This document shows positions 30,201-38,729 of a stretch of DNA of 64,000 nt, piece after piece. Every line of letters begins with the position of its first letter. The first letter of the stretch is position 1. Origin of the DNA: a virus; IMG/VR virus record IMGVR_UViG_3300008110_000034, positions 96,001 through 160,000 of that record; one strand, written 5' to 3'. The notes under the pieces were generated by a model. The model made no database searches and was not told where the DNA came from. It saw nothing but the letters and a program-made list of their open reading frames with translations. Both the position numbers and the translations under genes were made by a program.

Positions 30201-30613
30201 AAATTAATATTGGAACATCTGTTAGCGGTGCTACCTCTAATGTTAATATTAACGGTAATTTAACAATCAGTGGAGCAAGCATTGGTACAAGCCCCGAGGT
30301 TACAGGTATAACCAATGCAAGCACAACTGTAGTAGATACATGGGCCGTGGCAACTTATCGTGTGGTAAAATATATTGTATCAATAACTTGTACTGCAGGA
30401 ACCGATAACGGCACTTATCAAACTAGCGAGTTATTAGTCATACACGACGGAACAACTGCTACTCTAACAGAATATGCAGTGGTAAAAACAGGATCAAACG
30501 AATTAATTACATTTACCTGCGACATCAGTGGCGGTAATGTAAGATTACTAGGACAAGCAACTACAGGTAATACAGTTAAAGTGAGACCAAATAGAACACT
30601 AGTAAACTTATAA
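24269..30613 (+). CDS. Giant tail fibre/tailspike (2114 aa) with putative beta-helix depolymerase domain
   Basis: Mtd-N-like N-terminus (IRHKRSTTSGVAP...GEFVINTADGKVF); RIYVSDAKGNDLNDG...PVKTVKRAL and GDYSEDNPIIVP..V.VKGDGLR pectin-lyase-like motifs; repeated HG[FL]..GD modules; C-terminal DTWAVATYRVVKYIVSI domain. Confidence 0.8.
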   Translation: MSTRIRHKRSTTSGVAPTGVQLDTGEFVINTADGKVFIKKEDTTVSDITKRSFQGDTKIEAYDDGVTTSNIKATIDGADQLIITPTEVQSHGDIVVENANSIKLSELTANGSNYIGIKAPDTLIADYTLTLPTATGSIGQVLGTDGSGNLSFRDVDTFGGNRIYVSDAKGNDLNDGVSAPVKTVKRALQLASALVYTSGGAVNGTRVIVSVAAGDYSEDNPIIVPDNVVVKGDGLRSCIIRPLNANKDMLRVRNGCYFAEMTFRDAVDASFVPQFTWDYTVSFDDYTDAGTSRVGYTYLPSTKPVITTSPYIQNCSIISFLGGNGVLIDGSKVIDPNTSPTQLEVENPVSGPAPSQGKSMVANAFTMLSFGGTGWRVINDAYSQIVSCFQIFLLNGVYCQSGGYVSITNSATNFGLYALRSSGYSPSAFDFDKSIAVATGTVDGFQTLEIIGLGRAGPPIEQFVIRVRDGSNVDITSSFAPATTTVSFNSATAVDTVTNIFTINSHGFLNTDAVVYDANGGTIISGLDDEQTYYIGYLTANTFKLFYDESLAFEVNVLAVGSGTQYFITGVEEFFVNDIIEDHTTYQTLTLAAGVYNFVPGRAITGVTGADPNSAYVYSYDPLTYELVVSINNVIIGSSTVRKLFTGSSTIDADHTNPTPVTSIGVSSVVSKTDLGSARFSINCTQVGGVLTNLSNLPENQIWFHRPSIVNSSGHTWEYAGSGTDYNALPQNGGEGRAEYEQVRELPGRVYTSGTNELGDFKVGDFITAFNRTGNITFNNKVTVGTLDTLRLSLSNVIITAISTDPDLGDNDPGGASDSRLNTQLAARSFMNNRLGPFIDQSVSTNAIPGALIQLNANGLINSDLLPATRTFVSTTVLGYGERVNQWEDVPPSDLLNGDITSEEYEQRNLTLSSAITASDGAVITQAVTGATGYLKGSVTSSTSIVVASTRDTFNATFNAVNNLTINGDATPSDTNTAVNPTVVGSTSATVDNYFLAYSLESQFLKLNTSGTYNFTNVSISTVARNGSNVATIVTATNHNLANDSFVKIVCSDSTFDSVAEITVVDPTTFTYTNAGSVVTTTAATGTVRSVITSASTGAQGVLTEYRPGAVATVNNAGLTAGSGYLTAGIYRSVSLTTSGAGTGAKADITVSAGGAVTSVDIVRSGSGYIVGDTLSAADADIGGRSGGTAFSITISQIEKRAYVDLIGGQTFIASSGSPDFVADNNATVNTITLTGSLAISFNAADIGTGGDVTYATSKITKTGHGFNNGDPLRYISAPNVAIGGLTNNTVVYAKRLDADNLELYSDYNLSTQITFTSSSSGTHSLTRYVIDTVSNTIVISSHGLSTGNAIQITGASLFSIDGVAISSDTYYFVGSITTNSFTIHTLRSDALISTGGLVTNPLNITAQGSSTAHIITQNVQVVAIVNTSSRTAGNWNSLSASTIDASNIVSGVVSTSRLASAGTANSSTFLRGDSSWAPVVQSVDKALNSPLTVTGTGSGPYTGTVTLDVNRVDLALASGNYSNEGVASFNTDQFNVGTVGTVGKVFIKAGVIDAGTLDTYDSSYFLDPGNLTSAVPTSKGGTALTSYATGDIIYSSATNVLSKLAIGATGTVLDSSGTAPQWSPNLTLAKGLTVNSNSITVGSVSKASIFDTNARTVSVGSAAGSTFIGESSTSIDLASDVVSYTAATSVYVSVNLATFTKATSATSGNGTAILFFADTTSIRVGQVVTVAAGTIPASTTVTGFGSAGEVYLSATITSSILSAVTVTFQETPVSVGISEGDYVTIAGSTLTNLDGTWPVYGASAAANSFVINTSNVVTASAVTQLGTIVRINSIVLRTSRLVVGASGAAAPAFGATIRGCDAMGVNVTASDLVIQPGLATGSGTSGNFVVKVGTGGVTGFTQHPTGTARLTISSTTATFATDVAINGGDLTTSASTFNIGNTATTTHTTNLDTAATVSGATKTINIGTGGVSGSTTEINIGTSVSGATSNVNINGNLTISGASIGTSPEVTGITNASTTVVDTWAVATYRVVKYIVSITCTAGTDNGTYQTSELLVIHDGTTATLTEYAVVKTGSNELITFTCDISGGNVRLLGQATTGNTVKVRPNRTLVNL

Positions 30614-30643
30614 TAAATAGAATAACGGTGGAAAGGGAAACCG

Positions 30644-32224
30644 ATGGCAACAGCAGATTTTAGAGTCAAAAATGGCCTTGTGGTCAACGAAAAACTTCAG
30701 GTTCTGTCTTCAACAGATTCTACAAGTGCGTCAGATACAGCAGCCGCGGTATATTCCCCAGGTGGCGCCGCAATAACAAAAAAATTATTTGTAGGTACAG
30801 ATTTTCAAACTAACGGCACTACTATTAATTTAGGAACCAGCACAGGCAGTGCTACTACGACTACAGTAGGCGGCGCAATTACTGGCAACATTTTAAAAAT
30901 TGCCAGTACAACATCAGGCACTGCAAATCTTACCACAGATGTAACTACTGGTACAATTAATCTTTTTGCATCTTCTACTAATCAAATTGTTTTAGGATCA
31001 ACCGGTGCAGTAAAACTACCGGTTGGTACTAACGCCAATCAACCAACAGGCGCTAACGGTCTAATAAGATACAACACTGATAAAACTTCTTATGAAGTGT
31101 ATAACAGCACTGCCTGGTTTAAACAATTTGACGGCAAAAATTTTGTAACTACATCAACAAGCACGCCTACTACACCAGATGTTGGACAAATATGGTTTGA
31201 TAGTTCTGATGAAAAAATATATCAAAGATTTAATGACGGCACAAGTAGTTTTTGGGTAGAAACTGGGGGAGCTGCCGGAGCTAGCAGCAGTAACATAGCA
31301 AGTGCATTAGTGTTAAGAGATGCTTCGGGTAACTTTGCAGCAGGAACCATTAGTGCAGCATTAAGTGGTAATGCTACTTCTGCTACCAATGTACAAGGTG
31401 GCGCTGCAGGCAGCCTACCTTATAATACTGCATCAAGTACCAGCACATTTTTAGGCATTGGCGGCGCAAATACAGTTTTGCAAAGCACAGGCACAGCACC
31501 GCAGTGGACTAATACACTTACTTTGTCCGGCGGAGTTACAGCAGCTTCTGTAACGGCTACAACTAATTTTCAAGTTGGCACCGGAGTTGCTACAAGAACA
31601 CTGACTGCTGATAGCATAGGAAGATTAACTTTAAGATTTGATGATAACAGTTTAAATTATCCAATTACTATTCAAAATAGAGGTATTAGCGCAGTTGGTC
31701 ACGGCACTGGAATATTATTTCAAATAGCAAATGGTGGAGGTACTGCTGTTAATGCTGCAAGTATTGAAATATTGACAGAACAAACATCTTTTACTGGATC
31801 AACAGCAGATGCAAGTTTTGTGATAAAAACTGCACAAGACGGTGTGTTAACTGAAAGATTCAGGATTGACTCTGCTGGTAATGTTACTTTTGCGGCCAGT
31901 ATTACTACAGTTTCAGTTAGTTTAGGTGTAGCTGCGAACAGTACTACTCAAGGATCAGCAACCGGTTTAACGTCTAATATTAACGTAGTTACTAGCGCAA
32001 CCGCAGCAGTTAATGATGCTATTAGATTACCATCATCAGCAGCTGGTGCTAGATTTACTATCGTTAATAATACCGCAGTTAATTTAAGTCTGTTTCCTGC
32101 TGTGGGCGCACAAATTGACGTACAAGGAACTAATATTGCGTTCCCACTTGAAGCAGGCGTTAAACTTGACTTTGTTTCAGTGTCTACCACACAATGGTAC
32201 ACTCTAAACTCTACATATGCGTAA
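30644..32224 (+). CDS. Tail fibre protein
   Basis: ADFRVKNGLVV start; GAVKLPVGTNANQPTGANGLIRYN, GQIWFDS, VLRDASGNFAAGTISA, ERFRIDSAGNV fibre motifs. Confidence 0.75.
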   Translation: MATADFRVKNGLVVNEKLQVLSSTDSTSASDTAAAVYSPGGAAITKKLFVGTDFQTNGTTINLGTSTGSATTTTVGGAITGNILKIASTTSGTANLTTDVTTGTINLFASSTNQIVLGSTGAVKLPVGTNANQPTGANGLIRYNTDKTSYEVYNSTAWFKQFDGKNFVTTSTSTPTTPDVGQIWFDSSDEKIYQRFNDGTSSFWVETGGAAGASSSNIASALVLRDASGNFAAGTISAALSGNATSATNVQGGAAGSLPYNTASSTSTFLGIGGANTVLQSTGTAPQWTNTLTLSGGVTAASVTATTNFQVGTGVATRTLTADSIGRLTLRFDDNSLNYPITIQNRGISAVGHGTGILFQIANGGGTAVNAASIEILTEQTSFTGSTADASFVIKTAQDGVLTERFRIDSAGNVTFAASITTVSVSLGVAANSTTQGSATGLTSNINVVTSATAAVNDAIRLPSSAAGARFTIVNNTAVNLSLFPAVGAQIDVQGTNIAFPLEAGVKLDFVSVSTTQWYTLNSTYA

Positions 32225-32256
32225 CTTATATCAATAAATAACGGAGAATTAAAAAA

Positions 32257-32430
32257 ATGGCATTCCCAACAACACCTACAAATGGACAACAATATACCAG
32301 TAACGGTATTATATATCAATATAACAGCACTAAAGGGGCGTGGCAGGCACTAAACACTGCTAGCACCACCCAATTTAATGAATATATTCAGACGCAGAGT
32401 TTAACTTATAGTGTAGTTTTTGGAGTATAA
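32257..32430 (+). CDS. 57-aa fibre-module protein not in the ORF track
   Basis: MAFPTTPTNGQQYTSNGIIYQYNSTKGAWQALNTASTTQFNEYIQTQSLTYSVVFGV*; preceded by TAAATA (32235-40) and GGAG (32243-46). Confidence 0.7.
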   Translation: MAFPTTPTNGQQYTSNGIIYQYNSTKGAWQALNTASTTQFNEYIQTQSLTYSVVFGV

Positions 32431-32440
32431 AGGATAAAAA

Positions 32441-35400
32441 ATGGCAAGAACAAGAATTTATAATTATGTGTTTACTCCAGGCGGAGCCGGTTCAGGTACT
32501 GTTAAGCTTCCCGGTAGAGTGTACTTAGGTGATCTGTTATTAATTACCAATTCAGTAACCGGTACAATCCTATACAATTTTAGCGACCCAACTAAAGGCG
32601 GTGTAATAAGCTTTAGTGGTACAGATACCTCGTTAACTGATGAAGGTGCAACTACACTAACATTAGATGTCAGTACTACTGGTCAAAGTAGCAGCGATGC
32701 TCTACAAATTTTTGTAGAAGCTGCAACATTATCAACATCTCCATCTGAAACGTTTCAAGATCCGGTACAAAAACTACGTGTCAGTACTCCACAGTCTATT
32801 ATTGATACTGACTTTGAATATGGTATTCAGGCAATTAAATGGGAGTTCTTAGGTCTTAATAACAACACTCCAGCTTATTATGTAAGAACATCAGATAGCC
32901 CATTAATTGTTTCAGATATGGGAGCCGGTGAATTAATTAACCCAACTGGACTTGTTGGCGCTGGTACAACCACAGTCACAGTATCAATTGCCAGTGCTAG
33001 AAATGTTCCAACAGGCTCTACAGTCTACATTTTTAATACGTCAGCAACAGCAGCTAACGGTGTATTTACTGTACTTTCAGGCGGCGCCAGCGTTACTAGT
33101 TTTACTTATACTGCTACTGCTACAGTTACAGCAGGATCAAAGTATCAAAGTACTACAAGGGTAGGTATTACCAGTGCAAATGGTACAAACGTACATTTCA
33201 AAACTACAGCCGATATCAGTCTTACAGGATTAAATGTCAATATTGGACAGCCAATTAACGTGCAAGAATCTGGAAACGAAACTCTAGCAGACGGTAGTTT
33301 TTTAGTTCAGTCAGTCGATCAAGATGCTAAGATTGTCAGTTATGAATCTAGAGGAACTTTAACTGCATCGTCAAATTTCAGTAATGCATTTACTACTGTT
33401 TATATTGGTAGATTTTACGGAGAATTATTAGCAGGCTCAGCTATACCATTGATTCGTCAGTCTAGTGCAGCAGTTGGCGGAATTACTGCTAACGGTACAA
33501 CCACCGTAACAGTTAACACTCTTGGCCCTCATAATTTATATGTATCAAGTCCAGTTTTTATCACTGGATGCACTAATGAAGAAGCCAACGGTCCATTTAC
33601 AGTTCAAACTATTCCTACTGCTACGTCATTTACTATTACAACGGCAAACACTATTACTTCAGGAGTTATCAGTCAGGGAGCTGTGCAGGCGTTTCCATTA
33701 GGAACACAGGTATATGCTAGACCAGATGCAAACATTAATCATAGATTCTCAGACGGCGGTGTTCAAATAAGAACATCAAACAACGTAATTGGGCAACAAG
33801 CAATTAGACAAACTCGTAGATATTTCCGTTATCAATCTGGTAAAGGTATACAATTTTCTACAGCCTGTTTGTTCAAGCCAGCATTTGATGTTTCTAATAT
33901 AACAGCCTCAGGAAACGTAGCCACAGTGACTACAGAAGTAGACCACGGTTTAAATATTGGTGCTACTATCAAAGTAGAAGGTATAACAGTAAGTTCAGGT
34001 GTAGATTATTACACAGGAGAATGGCCAGTTGCTTCAGTTACTGGTAGTAAAACTTTTACCTATGTAATGACCGGCGGTACTCCAACCGATACACAACCTA
34101 GAGTAACTGAAAAAGTAACAGTGGTACAGGCAGCAGGATTAACCACAAGAACAGGTCTATTTGATGAACAAAACGGCTTCTTTTTTGAATATTCAGGATC
34201 AAATAACACTCTTTATGCTGTTAGAAGAAATTCAACTACACAACTTAGAGGTACATTAACAGTATTAACAGGTTCGGCTCGTGTTGATGGTACTGGAACT
34301 TTGTTTAATGAAGACTTGCGAGTAGGAGATTACATCGTAATCAAAGGAGCTAGTTATCAAGTCAGTAGAATCGTAAGTGCAACCGCTATGGATATTAGTC
34401 CAGCATACCGAGCACCAACTCCGGCAGCTGTTAGTGGCGCAACAGGACAATTATTATCCAGTGCTGGAATTACTGCTGTTTCCGGTTCAGCAACAACCAC
34501 AGTTAATACTAGAGCAGCACATAAATTAAGCGCAAGTAATCGAGTGTTTATCTATAATTCTGCATTACCAACAATTAACGGTGAAGCTACAGTAGTTACT
34601 ACACCAACCACAACTTCGTTTACTGTAAACGCAGCAGCCAACAGCCCAGTAACTGGACTAGTTTCTAACTATACTACATTAACAGGAACACTAAGTGCTG
34701 GTTCTAACCAAGTTACTAGTGTAACCCCTCTTGCTTCAGGAACATTAGGTAGTATTGTAGGACAAATACTACAAAACGGTAATCTTGATGCAGGAACTTA
34801 TGTTCAAGCAATCACCGGCGGCGGCATCACTACTGGTACTGCAGGCATTACTATATCTAACGCTGGTTCAGGATATAGAAATAACCAGCGTTACAATAAC
34901 GTATTGTTAAGAAATGTTACAGCTACAGGTAGCGGAGCTAGAGCAACTATTAGAACAAATAGCTCAGGAGCAGTTGACAGTGTTAATATAACCTTATCTG
35001 GATCTAGTTATGCAACTGGCACCACAGTAACAGCATTGTCAAGCGACATTGGCGGCACTGGTAGCGGACTAGTAATTACTATTAATAGTATTACGGCTGG
35101 TACGGTAGTTATGAATAAACCAGCCATAAGTAGCTCTGCCGGAGCAACTATTGGTATTGAAGGCGCTCGAGTATATAGTCAAGAAACTAACGTTAGGTAT
35201 AGTAAAACAATTGATGCAAGAGTACCTACTAGCCTATGGAATATTGATAGAGTAGACGGTACTGGACCAAGCGGATATGTGATAAATCTAAATAAAATAC
35301 AGATGATCTACATTGACTATCAGTGGTACGGTGCTGGGTATATTAGATTTGGTATGAGAGCAAAGACTGGTGAGGTTTACTACTGTCATAAGTTTTTACA

Positions 35401-36547
35401 CAATAACTTCTTAACAGAAGCTTATATGAGATCAGGTAACGTACCTGGAAGATTTGAAGTGAGCACACTTCCACCAAAAACTTATCTAACAGCAGATCTG
35501 TTATCTGGCGCATCTTCTATGACTGTAAACAGTACATCAGATTTTCCTTCAGCAGGGCGGGTGCTAGTAGATCAAGAATATATTGATTATACTGGTAAAA
35601 CTAATACATCTCTTACTGGTTTAACAAGAGGAGTTGCCGGAGGCAGCGCAGCAGCACTGCATACTGGTACACTGGCATCATCAACTGGACAGGCCACGGT
35701 ACTGCTAACAACTCAACAGTGCGCTCCCGCACTAAGTCATTGGGGTGTTTCAGTTATTATGGATGGTAGATTTGATGATGATGCTTCTTATATTTTTACT
35801 ACCCCTAAGCAAAGTGCAAGTACAGTTAGTCCCGGTGTTGCTACCCCAATCATGAGTATTAGAACAGCACCTAGTGTAGATAGTGGAACTCCAAGACCCT
35901 ACGGTGTAAGAAATTTACTTAATAGAATGCAATTGAAATTAAATTCATTAGGTATCTACGCTAATGCTCCGCTGCTAGTTCAAGTTAAGTTGAATTGTTT
36001 TAGTCCGGTGTTTAGGAACGAGTCCTGGTTAGTTGACCCAGTTGGTTCAAACAGCCTTAGCCAAGTTATATATCATGGAACTAGCGATGTTGTAACAGGC
36101 GGCGATCTAGTGTTTGCGTATTACACTGAATCAACAAATCCTGATTCTTACGCAGCTTCAACAGTAGATTTAACTAAAGTTAAAGACTTAGGTACTAGTA
36201 TTATTTCAGGTGACGGTGTGTTTCCGGATGGTCCTGAGGTCTTAACTATATTCGTTACTAATCTAGGAACCAGCGTTACTACATCAACATCTAGTAACCC
36301 GGTAAGCGGGTCGTTTGCTCTAGTTGTTGGTGACGGTACGGACTTGGAGCCAGGATTAGTAGTTAACTCTGGTGCAACAGCAGCTAGCGTGTCATCTAAC
36401 GCAAAAATTGTAAACTTAAATATCAATGCCGCAAGCTTTACAGTTAATCTAAGTAAACCAAATACAGGAACAACCGGGGGTAACGTAACTTTTGAACAGG
36501 TTGCTAACGTATTTGCTCGTTTATCATGGACAGAAGCGCAGGCTTAA
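32441..36547 (+). CDS. Large tail fibre/baseplate structural protein (1368 aa)
   Basis: YNYVFTPG...GTVKL start; DPVQKLRVSTPQSIIDTDFEYG; RQTRRYFRYQSGKG; repeated TVNT..PH.L modules; YIDYQWYGAGYIRFG lectin-like segment. Confidence 0.7.
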   Translation: MARTRIYNYVFTPGGAGSGTVKLPGRVYLGDLLLITNSVTGTILYNFSDPTKGGVISFSGTDTSLTDEGATTLTLDVSTTGQSSSDALQIFVEAATLSTSPSETFQDPVQKLRVSTPQSIIDTDFEYGIQAIKWEFLGLNNNTPAYYVRTSDSPLIVSDMGAGELINPTGLVGAGTTTVTVSIASARNVPTGSTVYIFNTSATAANGVFTVLSGGASVTSFTYTATATVTAGSKYQSTTRVGITSANGTNVHFKTTADISLTGLNVNIGQPINVQESGNETLADGSFLVQSVDQDAKIVSYESRGTLTASSNFSNAFTTVYIGRFYGELLAGSAIPLIRQSSAAVGGITANGTTTVTVNTLGPHNLYVSSPVFITGCTNEEANGPFTVQTIPTATSFTITTANTITSGVISQGAVQAFPLGTQVYARPDANINHRFSDGGVQIRTSNNVIGQQAIRQTRRYFRYQSGKGIQFSTACLFKPAFDVSNITASGNVATVTTEVDHGLNIGATIKVEGITVSSGVDYYTGEWPVASVTGSKTFTYVMTGGTPTDTQPRVTEKVTVVQAAGLTTRTGLFDEQNGFFFEYSGSNNTLYAVRRNSTTQLRGTLTVLTGSARVDGTGTLFNEDLRVGDYIVIKGASYQVSRIVSATAMDISPAYRAPTPAAVSGATGQLLSSAGITAVSGSATTTVNTRAAHKLSASNRVFIYNSALPTINGEATVVTTPTTTSFTVNAAANSPVTGLVSNYTTLTGTLSAGSNQVTSVTPLASGTLGSIVGQILQNGNLDAGTYVQAITGGGITTGTAGITISNAGSGYRNNQRYNNVLLRNVTATGSGARATIRTNSSGAVDSVNITLSGSSYATGTTVTALSSDIGGTGSGLVITINSITAGTVVMNKPAISSSAGATIGIEGARVYSQETNVRYSKTIDARVPTSLWNIDRVDGTGPSGYVINLNKIQMIYIDYQWYGAGYIRFGMRAKTGEVYYCHKFLHNNFLTEAYMRSGNVPGRFEVSTLPPKTYLTADLLSGASSMTVNSTSDFPSAGRVLVDQEYIDYTGKTNTSLTGLTRGVAGGSAAALHTGTLASSTGQATVLLTTQQCAPALSHWGVSVIMDGRFDDDASYIFTTPKQSASTVSPGVATPIMSIRTAPSVDSGTPRPYGVRNLLNRMQLKLNSLGIYANAPLLVQVKLNCFSPVFRNESWLVDPVGSNSLSQVIYHGTSDVVTGGDLVFAYYTESTNPDSYAASTVDLTKVKDLGTSIISGDGVFPDGPEVLTIFVTNLGTSVTTSTSSNPVSGSFALVVGDGTDLEPGLVVNSGATAASVSSNAKIVNLNINAASFTVNLSKPNTGTTGGNVTFEQVANVFARLSWTEAQA

Positions 36548-36548
36548 T

Positions 36549-36845
36549 ATGTTTGATAATTTTAGTTTAGACAACGAATTAGAAGTGCTTAAATCTTTTA
36601 TGCCAGCAGCATTAAAAGAAGGGGCACTTCTAGTAGAATTTAAAGAAAATTTAGATCAAGATATTTCTAAAGCATCAGTATTGACGTTGAATGAAGAAGA
36701 AACTGTAGGTTCAATGCCAGAAGAAAATCAAGACGATTGTGGTACTTGGTGTTTTAATTTAAAAAGAAGATATTGGATGTGGCTTAGTTATAAAGATATT
36801 GAAGCTGTACAACCTTGGCCGTTGATAGATTCTGAATTACAATAA
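36549..36845 (+). CDS. Small hypothetical protein, possible WYL_2/SH3-like fold
   Basis: Start moved to ATG 36549; LLVEFKE...VLTLN...WCFNLKRRYWMWLSYKDIEAV loosely resembles small SH3-like phage proteins. Confidence 0.4.
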   Translation: MFDNFSLDNELEVLKSFMPAALKEGALLVEFKENLDQDISKASVLTLNEEETVGSMPEENQDDCGTWCFNLKRRYWMWLSYKDIEAVQPWPLIDSELQ

Positions 36846-37286
36846 ATCCATAATATCAAACACTGCCTCTAATTTAATTCTTAGAGTTTTATTAGCAAGA
36901 CTATTCCTTAGTCCTTGATGTAAAGGCTTCGGAGTGTGGTCTAAGTTGGTCCACGCCCAGGCCATATGTTCACTGCTGAGATCAGGAATAAATTCGTCTT
37001 CAATTACACAAAGATATGTGTAAAAATTAAAAAGATTATCGTTACTTACAAATTTTTCCAAAGGAATAGTTTTAAGTATACTAGGCAAAAAACCAATTTC
37101 TTCTTGAATTTCTCTTTGAAGTCCCTGCCAAGCAGACTCGTCCTGAGTAGTTGTACCGCCTACTAATCCCCATATTCCACGATGCTTTCCTGTGGCCTTT
37201 TGTATCAGTAAAAATCTTTTAGTAGATTTAGCATAAAATAGTGCTCCTGAGCAAACTATTTTTTCTGTCACAGCTCTAATCTCCAT
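36837..37286 (-). CDS. NUDIX hydrolase
   Basis: Nudix box WGLVGG-x6-SAWQGLQREIQEEIG and SEHMAWAW. Confidence 0.88.
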   Translation of the reverse strand: MEIRAVTEKIVCSGALFYAKSTKRFLLIQKATGKHRGIWGLVGGTTTQDESAWQGLQREIQEEIGFLPSILKTIPLEKFVSNDNLFNFYTYLCVIEDEFIPDLSSEHMAWAWTNLDHTPKPLHQGLRNSLANKTLRIKLEAVFDIMDLL

Positions 37287-38728
37287 TTACCCGCAGTATA
37301 CTCGCCTTCAAATGATTTGACCCAACTTATGCCATTCCATTTGTATTGAACGCCTGGGCCGTTGGCAAAAAGATTAGTTTGGTATACAATGTAATCTGAG
37401 CTTGCTGCCGCCGAAAAAACAATGTGCCAGTGTTCACCGTCCCATTCAATTATATCATTTTCTTCAGCTATAAAATCGGTATTGTCTAAATTTTTCCATG
37501 CATCAGGACCGTCTTCGTTGTCTATAGATCCTATGTTCTCTAGTATCAAGTATCTTGTACCAGATATAGGATTGTTTGGCCCTGATCTTGTAGGGTCAAC
37601 AATTGCATCAAATGTTCCTCTTGATATACTCGAATTAAATTCAGTGTCTATACCTTCAATAAATCCGTTAGAATCAATTCTAGTGTTAGTATTAAACGTA
37701 TCAGTATCCCAATTAATACTTAAAACACTTTCGTCAAGCGGATTAACTGCAATAGTTCCCCGTACTTCGTTACCATCATCTTGAACTAAAACAATAGTAC
37801 TAACATCTGCTCGATATTTTCCTGGATATTGATCTAATAATTTTCTCCAGTTAATATCCTCGCCTAGTTTTAATGGAATTTCAACCTGAGTATTTGTAGC
37901 TGTAATAGCCTCAGACTGATCTAATATTTTAGCTTCACCATTAAACACTACTATACCAAATTGACTAGGAGCATAAAATACTTTAAACAATATATCTCCA
38001 AATGCTGGAGCAGGCTGATTGAGGTCTGTACCTAGCCCATCAATATAATCGCCGCCAACATCAGTGAATCCCCCAGTTACATTCATAACAATATTAGTAA
38101 TAACACCAAGCCGCTTTACTTTAGATGGTGGGCTTATAAAGATTGGAGTAGATAATTCTAGTGTAGCAATATCTATATTAGATTCTGCACCAACCGGTAT
38201 TGAACGATTTGAAAATGTAATATTATTCAAATCAACTACGCTTAAACTAGTCCAGTCAATATAGTTGTCTGTGGTCTGTATTTCTAGACTAGGATTGAAC
38301 AGCATTAAAATCTGTTCCATAATTTGCAGTTTTTGATCAGTGTTAGCACTCCATATGTCTGCTTTGAAACTAAGTTTATAAGGAGTAGGCATTAATCGCT
38401 CTACAGTGTAATTTCTTCCTTGAGTACTAGTGTAAACACCATCTTCTACATCTCTTTCTCTAATGTGCATTTTGCCTACATAAGTAGCATCTGCTAATCT
38501 ATTTCTATCTAGTTCTAGTGCAGTGATATAAACAGCGATCCTTGGAGCAGAATTTACTACATTTTCACTGTTTTGACGCATGATAGTAGCTACTTGTCTA
38601 TCAGGATCTCCGTACATTACGGGAACTTGAACTAAAGTACCGTCGCTGTATTTTACAGTAAAATTAGAAAGTAATCTAATAACCTGTGTTAAGTATCGTC
38701 TTATTTGTCCGTCGTAAAAATGCAACAT
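37268..38728 (-). CDS. gp15: Tail sheath stabiliser/completion protein
   Basis: FYDGQIRRYL, QVPVMYG, PRIAVYI, MPTPYKLSFKADIW, QIMEQILMLFNP: gp15 motifs, with a C-terminal extension. Confidence 0.8.
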   Translation of the reverse strand: MLHFYDGQIRRYLTQVIRLLSNFTVKYSDGTLVQVPVMYGDPDRQVATIMRQNSENVVNSAPRIAVYITALELDRNRLADATYVGKMHIRERDVEDGVYTSTQGRNYTVERLMPTPYKLSFKADIWSANTDQKLQIMEQILMLFNPSLEIQTTDNYIDWTSLSVVDLNNITFSNRSIPVGAESNIDIATLELSTPIFISPPSKVKRLGVITNIVMNVTGGFTDVGGDYIDGLGTDLNQPAPAFGDILFKVFYAPSQFGIVVFNGEAKILDQSEAITATNTQVEIPLKLGEDINWRKLLDQYPGKYRADVSTIVLVQDDGNEVRGTIAVNPLDESVLSINWDTDTFNTNTRIDSNGFIEGIDTEFNSSISRGTFDAIVDPTRSGPNNPISGTRYLILENIGSIDNEDGPDAWKNLDNTDFIAEENDIIEWDGEHWHIVFSAAASSDYIVYQTNLFANGPGVQYKWNGISWVKSFEGEYTAGKWRLEL

Positions 38729-38729
38729 A

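Noticed and set aside
24269-32224. Diversity-generating retroelement suggested by the Mtd-N-like domain
   Set aside because: No reverse transcriptase and no template/variable repeat pair differing at adenines within this window.
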